Positions 17,011 through 30,394 are shown, counted from the first letter of the stretch. The stretch is DNA of 64,000 nt from Deltaproteobacteria bacterium (GCA_034670305.1 JAXMNT010000020.1:16188-80187); one strand, 5' to 3'. Program-made: numbers and translations. The notes: generated by a model not told the origin, from the letters alone.

Positions 17011-17229
17011 GTCGGATTCGGCGTCGGCGTCGGCTTCGGCGTCGGCTTCGGCGTCGGCGTCGGCGTCGGCGTCGGCTTCGGCGTCGGTTTCGGCGTCGGT
17101 TTCGGCGTCGGTTTCGGATTCGGCTTCGGCTTCGGCTTCGGCTTCGGCTTCGGCTTCGGCTTCGGCTTCGGCGTCGGCTTCGGATTCGGCGTCGGCTTCG
17201 GCGTCGGCTTCGACGTCGGCTTCGGCTTC
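17011..17229. repeat. Hexamer microsatellite (G/T)TCGGC, ~36 units
   Basis: Read directly; lies between convergent genes. Confidence 0.95.
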
Positions 17230-17705
17230 CGCCTCTCCGCGCCTACAGCAGGCCGAGTTCCAGCAGCGCTTCGTCCGTCATCCGGTCTTTGGTCCAGGGC
17301 GGATCCCAGACCAGCTGCACGTGGCTGCGCGCGACACCCTTCGTCCCGCCGACCTTCTCAGCCACATCGCGCACGATCTGACCTGCGACCGGACACGCCG
17401 GCGCGGTGAGGGTCATGCGCACTTCCACGTCCGCTCCGTCGACGAGGATCTCGTAGATGAGCCCGAGGTCGAAGACGTTCAGCGGGATCTCGGGATCGTA
17501 GATGGTGCGCAAGGTGTCGACGACGCGCTCTTTGAGCACCTCGGGTTCGACGACTTCGGCCGTCGAACCCGAGCCCCCGAAGGCTTCGTCGAGATCCTCG
17601 TCCCCCGCTTCCGGCGGTGGAGGCCCAGCGACCGGCAGGTGCACGCGCTTCTTCGCACCGGTCTTGGGCGGGATCTTGTGGACCTTCAGGTCCTCGATGT
17701 CGAAG

Positions 17706-19006
<1,301 letters not shown>

Positions 19007-19010
<4 letters not shown>

Positions 19011-20154
19011 GCCTCTGCCCCGGAGACACTGTCCTCGAGTTCGGACGCACCGCTCATCGAGAGGCCCCGGTCCACGAGCGCGCGCCGCAGCTCGGTGAGC
19101 ACCTCCGGCACCTGGACGTCGTCGAGCACGGCGCGCAGAAACGCGTCGGTCAACATCGCTCGGGCGGTGTCGTGCGGGATGCCGCGCGACCGAAGGTAGA
19201 AGAGCGCGTCCGGGTCGAGCGCGCCGGCGGTGGCGCCGTGACTCGCGACGACGTCGTCGTTGTTGATCTCGAGGTGCGGCTTGGTGTGCAGCGTCGCGCG
19301 GTCGCTGAGGAGCAGGTTGCCGTTCGACTGATGGCACTCGCTGCCGGGTGCGTCCTTGCCGACGATCGACTGCCCGTCGAAGACCGCGCTGCCTTTGCCG
19401 TCGAGCACACCGCGGTAGACCTGGTGGCTCGTGTTCTTCGGTCCGATGTGGTCGATGAAGACGTGATGATCCACGTGTTCGCCGTCGGTCACGTGGTACG
19501 CGCCTTCGGTGGTCGCCTGCGCGCCGGGCCCATGAAGCGCGACGCGAAGATCGAGCCGCACGAGCGCACCGCCGAACGAGAACACCCGCGACCCGTACGA
19601 CGTGTCCCGCTTCTGATGCACCGCCAGCGTGCCGACGTGTTGGTCGAGTCCGAGATGCAGCCGGGTGTGATCGACGATCGCCCCGTCTTCCAGAACGACT
19701 TCCGTCACCACGTTCACGAGTCCGGCGCCCGGCTCGTACCGTTCGACCAGCGTGAGCTCGCAGTGTTTCTCGGCGATCACCAGGATGCGCGGATGCGTGA
19801 TCCGACCTTCGCCGGCCGCGCCGATGCGCAGCGTGACGGTCGCGCGGTCCGCACCGGTCGCGCGCACGACGAGCACCTTCTCGTGCCGCACCGTGTTCAG
19901 CGCGGCGAAGTGCAGCGACTCCGCGATCGTGCCGACGAGTTCATGCGCGTCCACCCACTCGGCGGTGACTCCGTCCCGCAACGTGAGGTCGATGTGCGGC
20001 GCGACTTCGACCCGGGCCGCATCGACGAGGTGCCGCACGGAGGTGAAGCGCCACGCTTCGGTCTTCTTGGTCGGCAGCCCGCTCTGAAGCGCCGCGGCCG
20101 CCTGGGCCCGCAACGGTTCGGTGGGCGCGTCCGCCAGTACGTCGAGCAAGCCCA

Positions 20155-20155
<1 letters not shown>
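19007..20155 (-). CDS. sufD: Fe-S assembly protein SufD
   Basis: EAWRFT, KPHLEINNDDVVASHGAT, LFYLRSRGI. Confidence 0.93.
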
Positions 20156-20931
<776 letters not shown>

Positions 20932-21032
20932 GTTCGTTCGTTCTCTCTTCAGGGCGCGCGCACTGGAGCGGGCGCGGAAATCAGGAATGGGAAACTGGGG
21001 AGGTGCGCAGGGCACCTCGGAAACGGTCTGGC

Positions 21033-22519
<1,487 letters not shown>

Positions 22520-22523
<4 letters not shown>

Positions 22524-23020
22524 GGTGTCCCTGTGGCGTCCGATGGGACGGACGCGGATGCTGGTGTGTGGGTCGCGCGGTCGGCGGGTTTGGAGGTGAT
22601 GGTGACGAGGCGCAACGTGGAGCGGGCCATGTCGGCCAGACTGATGTGCGAGAGCGCGCTCTCGACCGCTTCGTTGATCTTCTGCCAGTTGGCGCGGACG
22701 CCGCAGTTGGTCTCGTGCATGCACGCGGTCTCGCTCAGATCGTCGGTGCACTCGGTGACCGCGATCGGTCCCTCGAGCGCCGTGATGACCTCACCGATGG
22801 TGATGGCCCCAGCCGAGCGTGCGAGCGCGTAGCCACCGAGGGCACCGCGGGTCGAGACGACCAGATCTGCGGCGCCAAGTGCTTTGAGCACCTTGGCGGC
22901 GGTCGGCTGCGGGATGCCGGTCTCGCCCGCGAGCGCCCGCACCGAGCGCGGCCCATCGAGCCCCGCCAGGTGGGTGGCGAGCACGACGCCGTAGTCGGTC
23001 ATTTTGGAGATTCGGAGCAT
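22520..23020 (-). CDS. Rrf2-family SUF system regulator
   Basis: [20 protein letters not shown], three Cys (TEC...AC...NC); first gene of the suf operon. Confidence 0.9.
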
Positions 23021-23042
23021 AGACGCGGCGCGGACCCATAGA

Positions 23043-23088
23043 GGACCGCATTGGTCCGATATCTAAGCGCCCCGCCCAGGCGCGTCAA
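23043..23088 (-). promoter_or_regulatory. Sigma70-like promoter TTGACG-N17-TAGATA with a downstream palindrome GGACC-N5-GGTCC (putative Rrf2 operator)
   Basis: -35 at 23088-23083, -10 at 23065-23060, palindrome at 23043-23057. Confidence 0.6.
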
Positions 23089-23205
23089 GCACAGTGGTGC
23101 AATGCGTCTCGCGCGCGGGTCTGGAGGGCGCGAGCCCGCAGGCTTCCTCAGGCGCATGCCGAGCACCACTGGCGCCGAAGTCGCTGGGAGCGCATCCTCG
23201 TCGCG

Positions 23206-24360
23206 ATGGGAGAACTGGGGACTTCGCGTCGGCACGCCCGCATCGGCTTGCTCCGATTGGTTTCGATCTTCGCGGGGTGCCTGCTCGCGCACCAGGTGTC
23301 GGCACAGACACCCGCGGATCCGCCGAACCCGTTCGAATCGTCGCCGGACGGGGGCACCCCCGACGCGGGCGATCCGCCCGACGAGCACAACCCGTTCGCG
23401 GTCACGCCCGATCCCAACGCCGGCGGTGAAGGCCATGGGGACGGAACCTGCGTGCCCGACTGCGAGGCCGGGTTCGCCTGCTACCACGGGCAGTGCATCT
23501 CGCGGTGCAACCCCGCTTGCCCGCAGAACCAGGTGTGCGGCTCCGACGCCCAGTGCCACCCCGACCCAGGCGGCTGCCCCTCCGGATCGGTCCGGACCGC
23601 TTCCGGTACATGCGCGTCCACCACCCCGCCTCCGCCGCCCTGTCCGCAGGGCATGATCCGCACCGCGGCCGGCACCTGCGCGCCGGGTGGACCGCCACCG
23701 AACTACGGAACGCCGGCACCGACGTACGCACGCCCCGTGATCCGCAGCACGCCGAGGGCCACGCTTCGAAGCCGTGCGCGCACCCGCGGTGTCGTGGGGT
23801 TGGTCGGCGCCGCGCTCGTGCTCGGAACGGGCTTCGCGGCGGCCGCGTTCCACGGCCAGGCCGGTGGCTGCGACAGCCCGACCTTCGACATCTGCTATCC
23901 CCCCGACCACGTCACGTTGCCGCAGCTGCCCCTCGTCGGCATCTCCCTGGTCTCGCAGGTGGCCTTCGGGATCCTCGCGGCCGGCGGTGGCCGCGCCGCA
24001 CGACAAGGCGGCAGCACCTCCACGAAGGTGTTCGGGATCCTCGGGTGGGTGACCTGGGCCGGCAGCTTGGCCGGCAACCTCGCGGTGTTCCTCAGCCACG
24101 CCATCGCCGCCACCGACGACGAGCCGTCGGCGCTTCCGACCGGCGTCATGTACCTGCTCAGCGCCATCGGGGGCATCTCCCTCATCCTCTTCGGCCTCGA
24201 CGGATTGCTCGGTGCGAGCGGGGTGCCGGACGACGAAGCCGCAGAAGACGAGAGCGCGACGTCCGCGCAATGGACACCCCAGCTCTCCATCGCACCCGAG
24301 CTCACCAGTCAGGGCGTGCAGGGCATGCGCGGCACGCTCGGCGCGCATCTGACGTTCTGA
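23206..24360 (+). CDS. Hypothetical membrane protein with Pro/Cys-rich extracellular N-terminus
   Basis: Signal peptide, Cys-rich repeats, about 4 C-terminal hydrophobic helices. Confidence 0.65.
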   Translation: MGELGTSRRHARIGLLRLVSIFAGCLLAHQVSAQTPADPPNPFESSPDGGTPDAGDPPDEHNPFAVTPDPNAGGEGHGDGTCVPDCEAGFACYHGQCISRCNPACPQNQVCGSDAQCHPDPGGCPSGSVRTASGTCASTTPPPPPCPQGMIRTAAGTCAPGGPPPNYGTPAPTYARPVIRSTPRATLRSRARTRGVVGLVGAALVLGTGFAAAAFHGQAGGCDSPTFDICYPPDHVTLPQLPLVGISLVSQVAFGILAAGGGRAARQGGSTSTKVFGILGWVTWAGSLAGNLAVFLSHAIAATDDEPSALPTGVMYLLSAIGGISLILFGLDGLLGASGVPDDEAAEDESATSAQWTPQLSIAPELTSQGVQGMRGTLGAHLTF

Positions 24361-24374
24361 GTTACCCTGTTCGG

Positions 24375-26498
24375 GTGAAGTCCACCTTGTTCGCCCGCGT
24401 GGCCGCAGCGCTGCTTGGTGTGGTGACGGCGATTGGCGGCGTGGGCTGCAGCGACGACGGCGGCCTCGAACTCTTCGTCGATCTGAAGACCGACCTCGTC
24501 GCGGCCGCGGAGTTCGATTCGGTGCGGGTCGAGCTGGTCGGCGAGGGCGCGTTCGACGACGCGAGTGCGTCCCGCGGCGACGCGTTTCAAGAGGGCCGGC
24601 GCGTGGCGGAGTTCGGCGCGCTCCCCCCGAACGAGTCCCGCAGCGTGCGGGTGCGGCTGACCCGGAGCGGTGCGCCCGTGGCAGAGCGCGTGGTCGCGTT
24701 GCGGCAACTCGAGAGCCGGAGCATCACCATCGTCGTCACCCGCAGCTGCGTAGACGTGATGTGCGGCGCGGACGAGAGCTGCCACGGTGGCCGTTGCGTG
24801 GCGCCGGAGTGTGTGACCGGTGCCGAACCGGTGTGCCCAGAACCCGAGTGTCGAACCGCAGCGGAGTGTACGGGCGCCGACGCGTGCGCCATGGGGGTCT
24901 GCGAAGACGCGGTGTGTCTCTTCGTCGACGCCGACCGATGCACGCCATCCGAGTACTGCGACCCGGACGTCGGCTGTGTGCTGCTCGACGTCGACGATGG
25001 CGGACCGGGCGATGGTGGACCCGATGCCGGAGATGGCGGCGCGGACGCGGGCGGCATCGACGCAGGTGGCATGGACGCCGGGACGATGGACGCCGGCGCC
25101 GGCGACGTGGTTCCGCGTCCCTTCTGGCCGCCCAACGGCCACCCCACAGGCAGCGTGCACGCACCGGCCGACGCCGACGTGCTGCGCCCTACCCTCCGCT
25201 GGTCACCCGCGATCGATGCGGTGGAGTACGAAGTCGAGGTCTCGGACGACTGCGGCGCCTCCGACGCGCTCGACTGCGCGTTTCCGACCGTGACCGAGCG
25301 GACCCGCACATCGGCCACCTCGCTGCGAACGATGACGCTGGCCGTCTCGATGGTCGTGCCGGTCGGGCGTCGCTACCACTGGCGGGTGCGCGCGTGCGAT
25401 GCCGCCACCTGCGGCGCCTGGAGCGCCGTTCGATGGTTCGACGCGGGGCGACTGACCTACGACGTCAACGGCGACGGGTACGACGACATCGCGGTCGGGG
25501 CGCGGTTCGCGGTGACGCTCCACCCGGGTTCCCCGGAGAAGCGGTTCGTCACCAGCACCAACTTCCCGAACCCAGGGGCGGACGACGTGTCGGGCTACGG
25601 GGAGGCGATCCACTTCGACGACTTCAGCGGCGACGGATTTCGCGACGTGGTGGTGGGCGCTTACGCCGACGGCGGCGTGGGCAGCGTGTTCCTGCACCGA
25701 GGCCAAGCCTCCGGGCTCGGGATCGCGACTCGGATCCCGGCGCCGGCGGGCACGGCCATCGAGGCCGAGTTCGGCCGGCGGCTCTGCAGTGGTGACATGG
25801 ACGGTGACGGCATCGCGGACCTCGCGGTGGCGGGCGCGCGGGTCAGCTGGTGGATCCCAGGGGGGCCGACGCCCTCGGCCTTGCCGCTCGGCTCGTTCGT
25901 TGTCGAGGGCTGCGCCGATCTCGACGAAGACGGCTACCAGGATCTCTTCGGCGGCGGAGACGTCCTTTGGGGCGGTCCCGGAGGTCCCGAGACCCGCCCG
26001 ACGGTGGTTCCCTCGAACCTCTCGTTTGCGATTGGCGACCTCACCGGCGACGGGCACGTCGAGCTGGTGGGCCGGGGCGACTCGAACGTGCCGATCTACC
26101 GAACCGGGTCCGAGATCGTCCCACTCGGCAACTTGGACGTGGGCATGAACTGCCTCGAGCACCAGACCGGCGCGATCCTCGACATCGACGGCGACGGCCG
26201 CAACGAAGCGCTGGTCTCGGTGCCGGGCGCGTCCCCCGATCAGGGTGCGCTCTATTGGATTCGGTTCGTCGGCGTCGACTTCGTCTCCGCGCCCTTCTCG
26301 GTCTGCACCGGCGACTGCCAGCAGGGCACCGCGCTCTCAGTCGGACTCGACCGCAACGGAGATGGTCTCGGAGACGTCGCCGTCGGCGCGCCCGGGAGAA
26401 CCTGGATCACTTCCGTCTATGGGCCGGCGGTCGGCTCCCCGAACCTCGTGAACTCGATGCGGAGTGGCCTGTTCACCCACTACGGCCTAGCGCTCTAA
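24375..26498 (+). CDS. FG-GAP/VCBS beta-propeller lipoprotein, paralog 1
   Basis: Lipobox GVGC; Cys-rich segment; FN3-like YHWRVRAC; DVNGDGYDD-type repeats. Confidence 0.8.
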   Translation: MKSTLFARVAAALLGVVTAIGGVGCSDDGGLELFVDLKTDLVAAAEFDSVRVELVGEGAFDDASASRGDAFQEGRRVAEFGALPPNESRSVRVRLTRSGAPVAERVVALRQLESRSITIVVTRSCVDVMCGADESCHGGRCVAPECVTGAEPVCPEPECRTAAECTGADACAMGVCEDAVCLFVDADRCTPSEYCDPDVGCVLLDVDDGGPGDGGPDAGDGGADAGGIDAGGMDAGTMDAGAGDVVPRPFWPPNGHPTGSVHAPADADVLRPTLRWSPAIDAVEYEVEVSDDCGASDALDCAFPTVTERTRTSATSLRTMTLAVSMVVPVGRRYHWRVRACDAATCGAWSAVRWFDAGRLTYDVNGDGYDDIAVGARFAVTLHPGSPEKRFVTSTNFPNPGADDVSGYGEAIHFDDFSGDGFRDVVVGAYADGGVGSVFLHRGQASGLGIATRIPAPAGTAIEAEFGRRLCSGDMDGDGIADLAVAGARVSWWIPGGPTPSALPLGSFVVEGCADLDEDGYQDLFGGGDVLWGGPGGPETRPTVVPSNLSFAIGDLTGDGHVELVGRGDSNVPIYRTGSEIVPLGNLDVGMNCLEHQTGAILDIDGDGRNEALVSVPGASPDQGALYWIRFVGVDFVSAPFSVCTGDCQQGTALSVGLDRNGDGLGDVAVGAPGRTWITSVYGPAVGSPNLVNSMRSGLFTHYGLAL

Positions 26499-26581
26499 CC
26501 GAGCTGGCCGGTTCCCCCCGACGCCCTCTGCCGACCGATCGAAAGTGAGCGGGGTTCGGGCGTCGCTGCTACCCTGTTCGG

Positions 26582-28654
26582 GTGAGTCGGGGGATTCGTT
26601 GGTTGGGGCTTCGCGTGCTGTGTGGCGCGCTCGCATTCGGATCCGCCAGCTGCGGCGACGACGGCCTCGAACTCTTCGTCGACCTCAAGACCGACTTGGT
26701 GCCCGACGTGGAGTTCGTCGATGTGCAGGTGCTCCTGCTCGGCGAAGGGGCGTTCGTCGAGACCCCAGCCCTCGGCGGCTTTCCCTTCGACGAAGGCCAG
26801 CGGGTCGCGGAGTTCGATGGGCTCGGCGCCAACCCGACGCGCGGCGTGCGGGTGGTGCTGCTCGACGCCGAACGGCGGACCGTCGCCGAACGCGAGATCG
26901 TCGTGCAGCACACCGCGAGTCGAAGCGTGACGTTGCTCGTCACCCGCGACTGCCGCGACGTCACCTGTCCTGAGGGTGACACCTGCTACGGCGGACGCTG
27001 CGTCGATCCGGGGTGCGTGACCGGCAACGAGCCGGAGTGTCCGGAGCCCGAGTGCGAGCGCAACCTCGACTGTCCCAACATGGACGCGTGTGCGATCGCC
27101 CGCTGCGAGTCCTCGGTCTGCGTCTACGTGTCGGGCGGCCTGTGCGCCCCAACCGAGTACTGCGACCCCGGCCTCGGCTGCACGGCGCTGCCCGATCCCG
27201 TTGACGCCGGTCCCCGAGACGCGGGCGCCGACGCACCCTCGGCTTTGCCGGCGCCTCAGCCCTTCGCTCCACCAAACGGACACCCGACCGGCAGCGTGCA
27301 CGCACCAGCGGCGGATGTTCGCCAGCTCACGCTGCGCTGGGAGCCCGTCGCCGGCGCAGCCATGTACGACGTGGAGATCACCGACGAGTGCGACCCGGGG
27401 AGCTACCGCACGTGTCCGTTCGCCTCACCAAGTTTCGGCGGCGCCATCAGCGCACCTCTCTACATCACCGCGGAGCTCCCCGTCTCGACGACGCCGCCCG
27501 TCGGCACCCGATACTACTGGCGCGTGCGCGCGTGCCGCGTGTTCGGAGAGGCGGACACCTGCGCGGGCTGGAGCGACGTGCGCTACGTCGACGTCGGCCG
27601 ACTGACCTACGACGTCAACGGCGACGGATACGACGACCTGTTGGCGGGTGGGCGGTACGCGGTGGTCGAGTACCTCGGTGGCCCGGGCGGGCTCGGCGGC
27701 CCCCGCGTCTTGGCCAACCCCGTGCCGGACTCGACCAGTGGCTACGGACGCACCGTGCGGTTCGACGACTTCAACGCGGACGGCTACCGCGACGCATTGG
27801 TGGGCGCGCCGTTCGACCGCGGGTTCGGCGCGGTGATGCTTCACCTCGGCGGACCGACCGGGCTTGGCGCGGCGACCGTGCGACAGAACCCGCCTGCCTC
27901 CGAGCTCAACGACTTCTTCGGCGACGAACTGTGCAGCGGAGACTTCGACGGAGACGGCTACGCCGACGTGGCGGTGGGATCCTTGAGCGGCACCTGGTGG
28001 TACCGCGGCGGCACCGCCGTCGAGACCACGGCGCGACTCGTCGAGATGCGTGGATTCGGCGGCGGCTGCGCCGACGCGAACGGCGACGGATACCAGGACC
28101 TCCTGGGCGGGCGGGTCGCGCTCGGTGGACCGGGCGGTCCGGTGCCGAGTGCGGGCACCGTGGGGAACAATGTGCTCGGCGATCTCGATGGGGACGGTCG
28201 AGTGGAGATGAGCGGAACGGGCGATACGAACTCCCGGCTCTACACCCTCGACGGCTCGATGGACGCGACCGACCTCGGCTTCACCGGCGCGGGCATGGGT
28301 ACGGTGGACCACCAGGTGGGCGCCGTGCTCGACATGGATGGCGACGGAAGCGGCGACGCGATCCTGGCTTGGCCCGGCCCGAGCGGAGACAGCCAGGGAG
28401 ACGTGTGGCGGGTGCCCTTCAGCGGGCTCACCCCGCAACCCGCCGTGGTCCTCAATCCATGCACCGGCGCCTGCCGACAAGGCTGGGCGATCAGCGCCGG
28501 CGCCGACTACAACGGCGACGGCTTCGGCGACGCGGCGGTCAGCTACCACGTGGCGGAGGGTGTGAGCGTCTACCTCGGCCGGTCCGGTGCGGCCCCCACC
28601 GAAGTGCGACTGACCAACCCGGGCGGGTTCACGGACTTCGGCACCGCGCTTTAG
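26582..28654 (+). CDS. FG-GAP/VCBS beta-propeller lipoprotein, paralog 2
   Basis: Same architecture; shares GLELFVDLKTDLV, PPNGHPTGSVHAP and GRLTYDVNGDGYDD with paralog 1. Confidence 0.82.
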   Translation: MSRGIRWLGLRVLCGALAFGSASCGDDGLELFVDLKTDLVPDVEFVDVQVLLLGEGAFVETPALGGFPFDEGQRVAEFDGLGANPTRGVRVVLLDAERRTVAEREIVVQHTASRSVTLLVTRDCRDVTCPEGDTCYGGRCVDPGCVTGNEPECPEPECERNLDCPNMDACAIARCESSVCVYVSGGLCAPTEYCDPGLGCTALPDPVDAGPRDAGADAPSALPAPQPFAPPNGHPTGSVHAPAADVRQLTLRWEPVAGAAMYDVEITDECDPGSYRTCPFASPSFGGAISAPLYITAELPVSTTPPVGTRYYWRVRACRVFGEADTCAGWSDVRYVDVGRLTYDVNGDGYDDLLAGGRYAVVEYLGGPGGLGGPRVLANPVPDSTSGYGRTVRFDDFNADGYRDALVGAPFDRGFGAVMLHLGGPTGLGAATVRQNPPASELNDFFGDELCSGDFDGDGYADVAVGSLSGTWWYRGGTAVETTARLVEMRGFGGGCADANGDGYQDLLGGRVALGGPGGPVPSAGTVGNNVLGDLDGDGRVEMSGTGDTNSRLYTLDGSMDATDLGFTGAGMGTVDHQVGAVLDMDGDGSGDAILAWPGPSGDSQGDVWRVPFSGLTPQPAVVLNPCTGACRQGWAISAGADYNGDGFGDAAVSYHVAEGVSVYLGRSGAAPTEVRLTNPGGFTDFGTAL

Positions 28655-29188
28655 CAGGTCGCTGAAAAGCGACCTGCTCCCTTGCCGTTGCCCTTGCCCG
28701 TGCCCTTGCCCGCGTCGTGGACGCCGTGTGTTTCGCGACGGCGAGGCCGCGAATCGGAGCCCGATGCCCAGCGGACGAAGCCGCCGGGCATCGGTCGGTG
28801 CTACGCGGCGCAGCTCCGCAGCCGCGCGACGCGTAGGAGGTTGTATGCGGCGCCGGCCAGGTAGGCGGCGAACTGTGTCTTGCGTCTGCCTCGATATTCG
28901 ACGCGGCGAAGCCGAGCGAAGCGAGCAAGCCGTGTCACGGACGGGGTTTGGGGGCCGTGCCCCCAAGAATATTCGACGCGGCGAAGCCGAGCGAAGCGAG
29001 CAAGCCGTATCACCGGGACGGGGTTTGGGGGCTGTGCCCCCAAGAAATATCGCGTGCGCCTGAGTCCCCCGACGCTCTTGAGCCATCCGAAGATCGTCTC
29101 GATGCGCATCCGGATGCGCTGGCTGATCGCGTAGTCGGCGTGCCATGTCGTACGCCCGTCGATCGCCGAGCGTCGTCTCGCGTGCTCG
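28652..29188 (-). mobile_element. IS5-family relic: transposase C-terminal fragment (28801-~29188) and right end
   Basis: SAIDGRTTWHADYAISQRIRMRIETIFGWLKSVGGLRRTRY//RGRRKTQFAAYLAGAAYNLLR; minus-strand end TTTTCAGCGACCTGCTA. Confidence 0.75.
28897..29049. repeat. Two tandem TA-flanked REP/MITE-like units (73 and 76 bp) inserted in the IS5 relic
   Basis: TA-TTCGACGCGGCGAAGCCGAGCGAAGCGAGCAAGCCGT...GACGGGGTTTGGGGGC.GTGCCCCCAAGAA-TA, twice. Confidence 0.85.
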
Positions 29189-29252
29189 CGCTTTGAACTG
29201 CCGTGTTCGAAGCGGCGCCGTTCGTTGCCCGGCTCAGCACTGAGGCGCAGCG
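29189..29252. repeat. Left imperfect inverted repeat flanking the HUH transposase
   Basis: Its reverse complement aligns to 30102-30165 (GCCGGGCAACGAACGGCG...CGAACACGGCAGTTCAA). Confidence 0.8.
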
Positions 29253-29302
29253 CCGGGGCTTCGCTCCGCGTGGTTTGAGAGGTGGCTGCGCTTGAAGGTT
29301 GA

Positions 29303-30010
29303 TCAGCGGCGTGGGCCGGGGACGTCGTCGATGGGGATCCTCCCGCGCTTCCTCCACCCGACCCGTAGTAACCAGGTCCCAGGTCTCGGCATCCTCGGGG
29401 CGCAATCGCCCCGATCACGCTTTGCAGGATCGTTGGGCGTCGACTTCCATCCGTCGAAGGCGCTCGCGGTGGAGCACGGATCCACCCAGTGCGAGTCGAT
29501 CTTCTGACGCGGGCCCGCGTGTTTGCGGGCGTTGTTCAGTACGTAGCGGAGCGCGTGGCGGACCTGGGTCGGGGTCTTCAACGGCTCGACGTGATAGCGG
29601 TCCGGAAACACTTGTCCGCGTCGGCCGACGTGTTTGTTGAGTCGCCTGGCCAGACGAACAAGCAGGCCCTTCATGCCGCGTTGCAGCGCCGTCGTGCCTT
29701 TGCACTCGACGATGAGATGCACGTGATTGCTTTGAATCGAGAAGTGAACGATGCGCATGCCGTGGCGCTCGGCGGCCTCTTCCAAGACCGCAAAGCAGAC
29801 CGCCCGGAGGTCGCGTCGACGCAGGTTCGGCAGGTCCCTCGCGACCTTGATGGTCACGTGCACCGGGTGCCGGTTCTGAATGGCCGGCCTCCGACGATGA
29901 GGCACACCTGCGCGTTCCCCCTTGGGCTTGCGACCCGCGCCAGCCCGACGACCACCCCACTGGCGGCACTGCAGGTCCAACTGTTTGAGTTTCCGAGCAC
30001 GACGTGCCAT
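29303..30010 (-). CDS. HUH Y1 transposase, REP-associated (RAYT-like)
   Basis: WGGRRAGAGRK, HPVHVT, NHVHLIVE (HUH), VFPDRYH, LRYVLNNARKH (catalytic Tyr); no tnpB nearby. Confidence 0.88.
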   Translation of the reverse strand: MARRARKLKQLDLQCRQWGGRRAGAGRKPKGERAGVPHRRRPAIQNRHPVHVTIKVARDLPNLRRRDLRAVCFAVLEEAAERHGMRIVHFSIQSNHVHLIVECKGTTALQRGMKGLLVRLARRLNKHVGRRGQVFPDRYHVEPLKTPTQVRHALRYVLNNARKHAGPRQKIDSHWVDPCSTASAFDGWKSTPNDPAKRDRGDCAPRMPRPGTWLLRVGWRKRGRIPIDDVPGPRR

Positions 30011-30101
30011 TTGACTAGGCTAACATATCACATCTCACCCATCATGCAGACCCTTTTTCGCCAGCGCAGCCACTTTCTCGGCACCGGTGACGCGGGTCGT
30101 A

Positions 30102-30165
30102 CGCTGCGCTTCGTGCCGCCCGCCGGGCAACGAACGGCGGCCCTCCGAACACGGCAGTTCAAGCG
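30102..30165. repeat. Right imperfect inverted repeat flanking the HUH transposase
   Basis: Partner of 29189-29252. Confidence 0.8.
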
Positions 30166-30394
30166 GTGCAGCAGCATGGTGCATCTGCAAAGAAGCCCCA
30201 CCGGCGCGCCGCGCCGTCGGCTGTCACCGCGGAGCCGCTGCAAGCCTGAACCCACCCGCCTTCTTAGCTACACCGCGACCTCGGCGTCCTCTGGCCCCGC
30301 AGCAGGTGACGCTCGGGGCGCTGCGTCCGGGGTTGTCCATCGGGGCGTGTCGAATGTCGCTGCACCGCCGAGACGGTGCTTGGCCGGCTCCGCG

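Noticed and set aside
17005..17409. Gly-Phe/Gly-Val repeat ORF, and similar ORFs over 44500-44790
   Set aside because: Translation of a microsatellite that overlaps sufT antisense; no coding evidence
28897..29049. CRISPR array
   Set aside because: Only two adjacent units, no unique spacers and no cas genes
29303..30394. IS605/IS200 element with TnpB
   Set aside because: No RuvC-type ORF beside the HUH gene
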